Shown: in pieces, positions 18,005 to 25,811 of the stretch
Position numbering within the stretch: position 1 is the first letter of the stretch
Layout: every line of letters begins with the position of its first letter
Assembly: GCA_016699955.1 (NCBI GenBank)
Contig: CP064993.1
Location: 630,001 to 662,000, forward strand
Origin: Candidatus Saccharimonadota bacterium
GTDB lineage: Bacteria; Patescibacteriota; Saccharimonadia; Saccharimonadales; UBA4665
DNA length: 32,000 nt
Reading direction: 5' to 3'
Translations under genes and position numbers: made by a program
Notes under the pieces: model-generated
Database searches by the model: none
What the model saw: the letters and a program-made list of their open reading frames with translations, nothing else
Told to the model about the DNA's origin: nothing

Positions 18005-20395
18005 GTGATCGCTATGGTAGGTGTTGACTTCAACAACATGGGCGGTGGCTCCGGCTCCGGTGCTCGCCAGGGTGCCAAGATACTGCATGTCCGGTCGAAT
18101 AGTTGGTACTACAATGCAAGTAGTAACTGTCAGGGCGGTCATGGCATTTGCTTGCGCAACAGCTCCAACAACACACTTACAGGCAACACTGTACAGGAAA
18201 ATGGTGGCCCCGGCATCAACTTGGAAAGTTCCCACAACAACACCCTTACCGGCAACACCGCGCAGGGCAATAACGGAGGCATTGGTCTCAATAATGCCGA
18301 CAACAATACTGTCACCGGTAATACTACGCAGGGGAATAGCGGCAGAGGTATCGTCAGCAGCTTTAGCTCCAGCAATACCTTCTCTGGCAACACCATGCAG
18401 GGGAATAGTAACGGCGGTATCTCTCTCTCCCTCGACTCTAACAGCACGGTATCCGGCAACACTATCCACGACAACGGTGGAGCGCTCACTAACAATGGCA
18501 TATCTATGGGCACTTCCGATACTAACACCATCATCGGAAACACTATCACGGATACCGGCTGCAGTACCAACTGCTATGCCATTGACATTAGCGACTCAGG
18601 TTCGGACAACAACTATCTCGCCGGGAACGTCTTCAGCACTACTTCTGGCACTGCCATCATCAACGACATTGGTACCGGCACGATCTACGCCGGTCAAGCC
18701 ATGACAGCCGGTGGTCTTGACATCCGCTTCAAACAAGCCGCCTCCGCTTCTGCCTTCCAAATCCAGAGCGGTGCAATAGACTACCTTACCGCCGACACAA
18801 GTGGTAACAAGATCCAAATAGGTTCCGCCACCACTGACGCCAATGCCATTCTCTTCGGCCTAGACAGCTACAACAACGCAACTGACCCCACTGGCTACAA
18901 CGGAGCCATGTACTACAACAGTAATACCAGTAAGTTCCGGTGTTATGAAGGCGGTATCTGGACAAACTGTGCCGGTGCTGCCGCTAGTGCCATCCAGAAC
19001 CAGTATGCTGGGACTCAGACTGCAAACTTTAACATACAAAGCGCCGCAGCCGCCCAGGTAGTCGCTGTTATCCAAGGCGCCGCTAGTCAAAGCGTGGATA
19101 TTCTCCAGGTAAAAGTTTCGGGCGGTAACATACCGTTTCGTGTCAGTTCTACTGGTGACGTGACTATGGCTAGAAACACACTGTATATGAATACGACCAC
19201 AACCAATGCACAGCGTATATACATTTCTGGCAACATAAATTCCGGCGCTGTTTCGCAGTACGGTATACAAAATGAGCCAATCTTCCTACCAACGGCTGGA
19301 GCTGCGGGTGGGAATATATTTGGTTTTACTAACACGGCAATGCTTGCAACCAGTAGCGTAAATATTGGTCAGATATTTGGATCTGTAACGGGCGTTTCAA
19401 CCAACGCAGATTACACAGGAACCCTTACGGCTGCACACGGCTTAAATATTCAAAATCCATCTATGTCCGGCAGTAAAGCAGCGAACTACTACGGTATTTC
19501 TATAAATGGTGTAACAAACAACGGTGGCAATACGTCGGGCACAATTAAGAACAACCAGTTATTCATAGGAAACACGACGGTAGGTGCAGGGGCAGGCGGC
19601 ATACTTTACAACGTTGGAGCGCGTATTGTAATCCCTTCTGGGTCTGGAGGCACCACTCATAACTCCGGTCTAGTTATAGCCGATAGCACCGCTTCTGTCT
19701 CTGGCACATGGTCCCTGTACAACAGTAGCGCCCAAGTAAGTTACTTTGCTAGTAACGTAACCATTGGTACTTTGCTAACAGCCGACGTTACGGCAGGTAA
19801 CGTTCAGATAGGATCTGCTACAACTGATGCTACTGCAAAACAGTTCGTGTTAGACAGCTACAACAACTCAACTGACCCAACAGGAGTTACGGGCGGCATG
19901 TACTACAACAGTGCACTTGCTGTGTTCCGCCGCTATGAAAACGGGGCTTGGAAGGACTGTTTAACGCGCCACCTCGTGACACTTGGTTCAGATATAACCA
20001 ACAACAACGCAACCGCCAACACCATTGCTAATGTTACAGGTCTCAGTTTTGCGGTTACATCTGGTAGAACGTATCGCTTCCATGCCAATATTGTCTATAC
20101 GGCTGCTGCTACCACTACAGGCTCTCGCTGGAGCGTCAATGGGCCTGCGACGTCGCTACTTAGCTACGCCACGCGCTACGGAACTACTGCCGCGACGGAG
20201 GCCTTTACCTATGCATCGGCGTACGACAACCCGGCGGCAAGCAACACCGATTCGCCAAGTACTGCGGGCAACACTGCAATTATAGAAGGAATTGTCACTC
20301 CTTCGGCCGGTGGAACTCTGACTGTCAGATTTGCCTCAGAGGTGTCAAGTTCGGCAATTGTAGCAAAAGCCGGCAGTACTATTGAGTGGTGGTAG
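18005..20395 (+). pseudogene. Fibre gene 2 fragment E (beta-helix B plus paralog-specific C-terminal cassette); the frame is open from 17858
   Basis: Contains ~22-aa beta-helix repeats (NNTLTGNTVQENGGPGINLESSH, NNTLTGNTAQGNNGGIGLNNAD, NNTVTGNTTQGNSGRGIV, NTFSGNTMQGNSNGGISL, STVSGNTIHDNGG). Two GxMYYNS...Y/CYE.G.W..C motifs follow, then a C-terminal beta-rich domain ending ...AKAGSTIEWW. Confidence 0.65.
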
Positions 20396-20443
20396 GTCGA
20401 GTTAATCCACCCCAGCTCGGTATAAGCACCGAGAAAGGGTTAA

Positions 20444-20923
20444 TCAGTCAAGCTCTTTGAGACTAGCAGCCATCTGGCTAATGACATCCTGTGGAGTACT
20501 GGAGTCGCCGCTAATGTTTACAAGTGTACGGCTGCCAGATATGATTGCGACTGGTGCTGCCCCGGCTTTGCCAATGTAAGCAGTCCCCAGGGCAGTTTTA
20601 ACAGGGTTAAGTCCGACTATGCTTTCAAGCATAAGATTTTTTTGAGGAAGTGCCTGTTCAGTAAATGTCATTAGTTGAGTGTTTTTTCTAAACTCAAAAA
20701 CAAGTATGCCATCGCTGTAGGCAACTGAGTCGGCATTGAGCTTGTAGCCTGGAGGGATGTTCTCTGGGTATAGAATGGGGAAGCCAACGCGGCTCAAAAT
20801 GGTTTTGTCAAAAGGCTGTTTGTTGTCTCTGCCAAAAAACACAAATGCCGCAGTACACAGCAGCAGTAAGACAAGGCAAATACTGCCTAGCCGTGATGCT
20901 TGTAACTTTGTGAGTTTTCTCAT
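20444..20923 (-). CDS. Small signal-anchored protein (159 aa), hypothetical; its external domain is related to that of 12280-13065
   Basis: The N-terminus MRKLTKLQASRLGSICLVLLLLCTAAFVFFG is a signal anchor. The segment VGFPILYPENIPPGYKL...MTFTEQALPQK...GTAYIG...VISQMAASL aligns by eye with LGYKPLVPPVSPEGKA...ITVDQQAVPEK...GTVYAS...WIDYIQTL of 12280-13065. It is convergent with fibre gene 2. Confidence 0.7.
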   Translation of the reverse strand: MRKLTKLQASRLGSICLVLLLLCTAAFVFFGRDNKQPFDKTILSRVGFPILYPENIPPGYKLNADSVAYSDGILVFEFRKNTQLMTFTEQALPQKNLMLESIVGLNPVKTALGTAYIGKAGAAPVAIISGSRTLVNISGDSSTPQDVISQMAASLKELD

Positions 20924-21036
20924 GCTTCAATAGTACCGAAAACACGTGGTTTTGGGAAACTATGTACAGAACATGGCACCGGCGAGGTGTTAGCCCGCAG
21001 CTATGTGCTCCGCATAGCCCCTTTTAACAGAGTAGC

Positions 21037-21045
21037 TGTGGATAA
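21037..21045 (-). promoter_or_regulatory. Perfect DnaA-box 9-mer (TGTGGATAA, the complement of TTATCCACA)
   Basis: Exact match seen in the sequence. Weaker relatives are TGTGCACAA (~21077) and TTATCCAGC (21572-21580). An A-rich tract lies at 21158-21200 and parAB is adjacent. A single perfect box is expected ~0.25 times by chance in 32 kb. Confidence 0.25.
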
Positions 21046-21091
21046 CTGGGGTAAATTAACTACTTTGAGTAAAAAATGTGCACAAAAAGTA

Positions 21092-21120
21092 TTGCAATTG
21101 TTTTAACACTAGCGCATACT
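21092..21120 (+). promoter_or_regulatory. Candidate sigma70-type promoter (TTGCAA-N17-CATACT)
   Basis: The -35 element ttgcaa is at 21092-21097, followed by a 17-nt spacer and the -10 element catact at 21115-21120. It would drive a ~100-nt transcript ending at the 21193-21229 terminator. Confidence 0.25.
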
Positions 21121-21126
21121 TGGACA

Positions 21127-21229
21127 CAGATTTCCCGCGTACTTTGCGGAGGGATCAAAAACTTCAAACCAAAAAAAACAAAAACGTATTCCTAAAAAGC
21201 AGGCACTCTCGCAAGGCCTGCTTTTTTTA
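21127..21229 (+). ncRNA. Candidate small RNA (~100 nt): 5' hairpin, CA-rich unstructured linker, intrinsic terminator
   Basis: A cccgc/gcgg(a)g hairpin lies at ~21134-21150. The linker is caaaaacttcaaaccaaaaaaaacaaaaacgtattcc, followed by a strong terminator. The flanking genes are divergent, so neither needs this terminator. I recognised no family; alternatively the terminator serves a minus-strand RNA. Confidence 0.25.
21193..21229. terminator. Strong bidirectional rho-independent terminator in a divergent intergenic region
   Basis: agcaggc (21198-21204) pairs with gcctgct (21216-21222). The stem is flanked by an A5 run 5' and a T8 run 3', so it reads as stem plus U-tract on both strands. 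Confidence 0.7.
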
Positions 21230-21824
21230 TTGCCCGCAAAAATGATTGCTGCCCGCTCGGAAGAAATGTTGGTGCCACACAGAGTTACGTGACCCGTACG
21301 GGCGAAGTAGCATAATTTGGGGGTGCCGGCATGTTTATTGGCTGGCTGTATTTCGGGGCAGGGGGGGTAATTAACCCGAACTTGGCTTAAACGCCGCGTT
21401 TTCGGCAACGGGAGTTAATCCAGCTGTAAAAAATCCTCGTCCCTGAAAACTTCGCGCCCCCGCTCGACTAACCGCTGAAAGTGCTAAAGGTGGCGTTTAC
21501 ATCGAAAGGAGCCAAACCACGCAGGATAGCTTAGAGCCTGGTATTAGTGCACTAAGCGCCATGTCGCACAATTATCCAGCAACACGTTCAACAGTAGAAT
21601 ATTAACGAAGAAGCATTGACAGTGCAGGTTAGTAGAACGGCCACTCGCGGCCTTTATTGCAAGTAGCAGGATACGCAAAAAGGGAGTAGCACAGTAGTAC
21701 TAGCAGTATGATACCATAGGATATTTTTTGTAAATGTCAGGCAGATCGACTGGAGCGATAGGCGTGAACGTTTACGCCAGGGCGGCAATCTGGTAGGCTT
21801 ATAGATAGATGAGGAATGTTTGAA

Positions 21825-22586
21825 ATGGCGTACGTGCTTGCAATAACAAATCAAAAGGGCGGTGTAGGCAAGACGACCACGGCAGTTAATCTCGCTGCCC
21901 AGCTTGCAACCGCCAAGCGACGTGTTTTGCTTGTCGACCTTGACCCGCAAGCCAACAGCACGAGTTCGCTTGGAGTTGACAGGGAAACTTTAGGTGCAAC
22001 ATTGTACGACGTTGTTATTGGAAAGGCTAGTGCTGCCGATATCGTCTTGCCTACTGCAATAAAGAATTTGTTTGTGCTACCAGCCAGTCCGCAGTTGGCT
22101 CAGGCAGAGGTTGATTTAGTTAGTACTAGTGGGCGTGAGCAAAAACTGAAACAGGCTTTGGCAACCGTAGACGCAGAAATTGTTATTATTGACTGTCCCC
22201 CAGCCCTTGGCCTACTGACGGTCAACGCGCTTACGGCCGCGAATGGTGTGCTTATTCCGGTTCAGGCAGAGTATTTTGCGCTGGAAGGTTTAAGCCAACT
22301 GATGCAAACCATGCAGCTAGTCCGAAAGGGATTAAATACAGACCTACACATATTTGGAGTAGTTCTAACTATGTATACAAAACGCACGGTGCTTAGTGAA
22401 GGGGTGAAGCAAGAAGTTGAGAAACACTTTGGTGAGAAATTATTCCGGACTGTCATTCCTCGTAACATACGCTTGGCTGAAGCACCGAGTTACGGTAAAA
22501 CTATATTTGAGCACGACAAATGGAGTAAAGGTGCCCGTGCGTACAAGGCATTGGCGCTGGAGGTAGTCAAACGTGGCAACTTCTAA
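21825..22586 (+). CDS. parA: ParA/Soj chromosome-partitioning ATPase
   Basis: Deviant Walker A motif NQKGGVGKTTTAVNLA with overall ParA/Soj-like sequence. ATG 21825 has GAGGA 9 nt upstream; ORF-track start 21816 abuts the SD and is less likely. Confidence 0.9.
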   Translation: MAYVLAITNQKGGVGKTTTAVNLAAQLATAKRRVLLVDLDPQANSTSSLGVDRETLGATLYDVVIGKASAADIVLPTAIKNLFVLPASPQLAQAEVDLVSTSGREQKLKQALATVDAEIVIIDCPPALGLLTVNALTAANGVLIPVQAEYFALEGLSQLMQTMQLVRKGLNTDLHIFGVVLTMYTKRTVLSEGVKQEVEKHFGEKLFRTVIPRNIRLAEAPSYGKTIFEHDKWSKGARAYKALALEVVKRGNF

Positions 22587-23442
22587 GCAACATACTGGTT
22601 TAGGCCGGGGCCTCGGCTCTTTAATCCCAGAAAATTTTGACACGGCGACTCTGCTTGAGCAAGGCGAACGTATTCAGCAACTTGAGCTTACGCTGCTACG
22701 ACCAAACAGCGACCAGCCGCGCACCATATTCGACGAAACTGCTCTTGCAGAGCTAGCCGCAAGCATAAAACAACATGGCATTGTACAGCCTTTGGTTGTA
22801 ACGAATCAAAAAGGAACCTACCTTATCATTGCGGGCGAGCGACGATGGCGCGCTGCAAAAATAGCGGGGCAGAAAACTGTTCCAGTGATTGTGCGTAGTC
22901 TAAAAGAGCAAGAGCAGCTTGAGGTGGCGTTAATAGAAAACGTTCAACGCGTTGATCTAGGGTCGCTCGAGCAAGCGGTTACAATCGAGCGCCTCCATGT
23001 TCAGTTCAACCTGAGCTACAGCGAAATTGCCAAACGGCTTGGCAAAGCGGAAACAACCGTCAGTAACATTGTTCGCTTGCTTGGTCTGCCCAAGCCTGCC
23101 CAAGCCGCCCTAAACGAGGGTCAAATAAGTGAAGGTCACGCTCGGCAAATCTTGGCGCTCAAAGGCATGCCCGACAAGCAGGCAGAGTTGCTCGGGCTTA
23201 TCAGTAGCCAGAAGTGGAATGTCAGACAGGCCGAGCGTTTTGTGACATCGGTTAAGTCGGGGCTACAGGCCGTCAAAGCAGTGCAGTCGCGCATGGCTGC
23301 TGAAACACCAGAAACCAAGCAGCTCAGTAAACGCTACCATACACCCATTAAAATATATCGTACGGCAAAGGGCGGTCGGGTGGAAATGCAATTTACCTCA
23401 GACGAAGAGCTCCAACGTCTTCTTGGCGAGCTGGGTCGTTAA
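22573..23442 (+). CDS. parB: ParB/Spo0J partitioning protein
   Basis: GLGRGLGSLIP N-terminus, the IIAGERRWRAAKIAG ParB box and an HTH region (YSEIAKRLGKAETTVSNIVRLL). The GTG start overlaps the parA end by 14 nt, with GGAGG upstream. Confidence 0.9.
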   Translation: MATSKQHTGLGRGLGSLIPENFDTATLLEQGERIQQLELTLLRPNSDQPRTIFDETALAELAASIKQHGIVQPLVVTNQKGTYLIIAGERRWRAAKIAGQKTVPVIVRSLKEQEQLEVALIENVQRVDLGSLEQAVTIERLHVQFNLSYSEIAKRLGKAETTVSNIVRLLGLPKPAQAALNEGQISEGHARQILALKGMPDKQAELLGLISSQKWNVRQAERFVTSVKSGLQAVKAVQSRMAAETPETKQLSKRYHTPIKIYRTAKGGRVEMQFTSDEELQRLLGELGR

Positions 23443-23454
23443 GAAGAACCGTAG

Positions 23455-24117
23455 TTAAAACTTTTTAAAATTGTTTATCGGAAAGATACGGGCAACCAGC
23501 TTACCGACAACCTGATCTGTCTGTATTGGCCCAAACGTGCGAGAATCGAGTGAGTTTGGCCGGTTGTCGCCGCAAACAAAAAGTTCTGTTTCTGAAAGCC
23601 GCACATCTAAATTGTTCATGGTGGGGGGTATGGCTCCATCCTTGCCGTAAGGCAGCGTAGTATCCGGCTGGAAACCCTCAGGGTAGTCTTTGTTGTACAC
23701 GGTTACCACATTATTTTCTATAACTATTCTTTCGCCTGGCAGAGCGATGACGCGCTTGACGAGTTGCTTTGCATCGTCACCGGCCGTGTAATTAGAGAGA
23801 CCGGTTTCATTCAGGATAATTATATCTCCTCGGTTTGGGACGTATTGATTGCCGGTTATGCGTGACCAAGTTCGTCCGAGTTTCCATACGATGAGTCGGT
23901 CATTATGCTGCAGAGTTGTTTCCATGCTGGGGCCGTCTACTTGGTATGACTGAAAAACAAAGATTGTTAAACCAACAGCTATAAGTGGCGCCAGTAGCAG
24001 TATACCAATGGTAGAGAGTGTGCTCCTGACCGAATAGTGTTTCTCGCCCTCTGGTTTTGAATGATTGGTATTCTGTACTTCGGGTTGGGCGCTGTCGAGT
24101 AGTGGTTGTTCTTGCAT
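23455..24117 (-). CDS. lepB: Signal peptidase I (LepB)
   Basis: TM helix followed by GPSMETTL (catalytic Ser), KRVIALPGE (catalytic Lys box) and CGDNRPNSLDSR. Start is either ATG 24117 or the longer ORF start at 24171. Confidence 0.85.
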   Translation of the reverse strand: MQEQPLLDSAQPEVQNTNHSKPEGEKHYSVRSTLSTIGILLLAPLIAVGLTIFVFQSYQVDGPSMETTLQHNDRLIVWKLGRTWSRITGNQYVPNRGDIIILNETGLSNYTAGDDAKQLVKRVIALPGERIVIENNVVTVYNKDYPEGFQPDTTLPYGKDGAIPPTMNNLDVRLSETELFVCGDNRPNSLDSRTFGPIQTDQVVGKLVARIFPINNFKKF

Positions 24118-24227
24118 GCAGTACCTACTATACGTTACGACTGGAGAACTTCCAAAACGCGCGCCATTCACATGTGGGGTTTACGAGCATAAGCGTCTTG
24201 TCGTATACTAGGTCTCATACCAGACTT

Positions 24228-25811
24228 ATGAAAACAAATACAACACAGTCTAAGCATGTTCCTCGCGCTTCTCTCGACGGGTTTAATGGAACAAGAAATA
24301 TCCACAGGGTTGATTATGCAGGTTTGCAACCAACATCGAGAGTACCAGTAACGCAGCAATATGCTCTAGCTGAAACATTAGCCCCAAAAAAACCAATTCA
24401 GCTGCCACAGCAACAACAAGAAGCCGACGTGCCCCAGTTTGATCTACCGAAATATGTTGCACCAGAAAGGCCAAAAGCAGTAGTTAAAAAGCGCACCCCC
24501 TGGAAGCGTCACATCCTCAGGACTTTGGCGGCATCGACTGCCCTCTGCCTGCTTTTTGCGGGAGTACTGTTTTGGAGGGGCTACGTCAATATACACAAAG
24601 TTTTCCGTGGTAACAACACTGTAGCCGCGCTCAGCGCAGAGAAGGTAGCCCCGGAGCTCCTGAGGGGCGAGGGCGATGGACGTGTAAATATTTTAATGCT
24701 CGGCGCTGGTGGAGAAAATCACCCTGGCGGCGATCTGACAGATACAATCATGGTGCTCAGCGTTGACCCAGTCAATAAAACGGCTGCTATGCTCAGTGTA
24801 CCGCGTGATTTGTGGGTGAAAATGCCGGTTAATTATTTTGGTGCCTATCAAAAAATTAACGCCGCTTACAGTAGCGGTAAATACAAATACTTGGGCAAAA
24901 CAGACTTAAAAAATGATGACCAGCAAGCAATTGAAGCCGGTTTTGCTTCAGCGAGCGAAGCGGTCAGTGGTGTTCTAGGGATAAAGATAAATTATCATGT
25001 ACTCGTCGACTTCCAGGCTTTTGAGCAAGCAATTGATACAGTTGGCGGTGTGTCGGTAGATGTAAAAGAGCAGTTGTATGACCCAACCATGGCTTGGGAA
25101 AATGCCAATAACCCCGTTTTGGCTCCGGCTGGCTCCCAGAATATGCAGGGGAAGCAGGCGCTGATGTACGCGCGCTCCCGCGAAACGAGTTCAGACTTTG
25201 CTCGTTCTGAGCGACAACGGCAGCTACTGGTTGCACTGAAGGAAAAAGTTCTAACGCTAGGCACGCTGAGCAGCCCGGCGCGTATAGATAGTCTGATGGA
25301 TTCATTTGGGGGTAATGTCAGAACCGACCTGAGCACACAAGCTGCCAGCCGACTGTTTAGCATTATGAAGGGTATAGCGGATAACGATGTTGCGTCTCTG
25401 AGTCTAACGACCCCACAGAGCTTGGTTACGACCGATCGGGTCGGCGATGCGTCTGTTGTGCGTCCAAAGGCGGGCTTTAACACATATAGTGACATCCAGA
25501 CGTATGTTCGGTCGCAACTGCTGGACGGCTATTTAGTGAAAGAAAAGGCGCATGTTTACGTAATTGGTTCATCAGAAAAATTGCGTTCATATACCGAGGC
25601 TACTTTGGCCGGCTACGGTTACAACGTGTCGGGCAGTTCGGTAATGCCAACTGTTCCACCGGGGATGACTGTTGTCGATCTATCAAACGCCGTAGCTCCT
25701 TACACATTGCATTATCTTCAAGACAGGTACGGTGTTGCGGCAACGAAGCAATTACCTCACGGTGTAGAGGTGCCAAGTGGGACGCAATTTGTTATAATTA
25801 CAGGGACATGA
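24228..25811 (+). CDS. LytR-CpsA-Psr (LCP) family cell-wall glycopolymer transferase with a LytR_C-like tail
   Basis: TM helix (LAASTALCLLFAGVLFW) followed by VNILMLGAGGENHPGGDLTDTIMVLSVDP...LSVPRDLWV, ARSRE and SDFARSERQRQ motifs typical of LCP proteins. The likely start is ATG 24228 (MKTNTTQSK); the ORF-track start 24057 overlaps lepB. Confidence 0.85.
   Translation: MKTNTTQSKHVPRASLDGFNGTRNIHRVDYAGLQPTSRVPVTQQYALAETLAPKKPIQLPQQQQEADVPQFDLPKYVAPERPKAVVKKRTPWKRHILRTLAASTALCLLFAGVLFWRGYVNIHKVFRGNNTVAALSAEKVAPELLRGEGDGRVNILMLGAGGENHPGGDLTDTIMVLSVDPVNKTAAMLSVPRDLWVKMPVNYFGAYQKINAAYSSGKYKYLGKTDLKNDDQQAIEAGFASASEAVSGVLGIKINYHVLVDFQAFEQAIDTVGGVSVDVKEQLYDPTMAWENANNPVLAPAGSQNMQGKQALMYARSRETSSDFARSERQRQLLVALKEKVLTLGTLSSPARIDSLMDSFGGNVRTDLSTQAASRLFSIMKGIADNDVASLSLTTPQSLVTTDRVGDASVVRPKAGFNTYSDIQTYVRSQLLDGYLVKEKAHVYVIGSSEKLRSYTEATLAGYGYNVSGSSVMPTVPPGMTVVDLSNAVAPYTLHYLQDRYGVAATKQLPHGVEVPSGTQFVIITGT

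Larger units (their letters stand above)
13551..20395 (+). pseudogene. Second giant fibre-like protein (about 2280 aa if the frame is restored), interrupted by seven 1-bp indels as assembled. Either a pseudogene/silent cassette or an assembly error.
   Basis: The N-terminus from ATG 13551 (MQRFSFRVSKQGVQVALAVSLLLLPLFFLTRGYTGVEHAYA/ATS) is a signal peptide; the longest ORF begins at 13413. Homology to gene 1 continues seamlessly across frame changes at ~14879 (-1), 14896-14898 (-1), ~15617 (-1), ~15780-15783 (+1), ~16148 (+1), ~17781-17786 (+1) and ~17852-17855 (-1). The frame order is 3>1>3>1>2>3>2. The last segment is open from 17858 to TAG 20393-20395. Confidence 0.6.

Noticed and set aside
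20410-20429. A shared 20-mer: ccccagctcggtataagcac (20410-20429) versus ccctagctcggtgtaagcac (30390-30409).
   Set aside because: It is only 18/20 (19/21 with one flanking base). By my rough estimate, about 0.4-1.5 such matches are expected by chance among all position pairs in 32 kb. The contexts are unrelated and only the first copy forms a hairpin.
21320-21420. TPP-riboswitch-like words (gggggtgcc ... acccgaacttggcttaaacgccgcg versus GGGGUGC...ACCC..GAACCUGAUC.GG.UAAU.CC.GCG) and a GAACnnGGCUUA word resembling RNase P CR-V.
   Set aside because: The essential CUGAGA element is absent and the downstream gene is parA, not a thiamine gene. No GAGGAAAGUCC partner exists upstream, and a terminator would interrupt such an RNA.
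21109-21950. ORF-track entries 21109-21408 (minus strand, 99 aa) and 21654-21950 (minus strand, 98 aa).
   Set aside because: The first reads through the strong terminator hairpin and is Cys/Arg/Phe-rich nonsense. The second overlaps the parA start in antisense. Neither has an SD or a recognisable motif.
25808-25811. Possibility of an alternative genetic code (UGA as a sense codon, as in some CPR lineages).
   Set aside because: The LCP gene ends at TGA 25809-25811 at the expected family length, with the next gene starting in an ATGA overlap. All conserved genes are intact under the standard code with no in-frame TGA.
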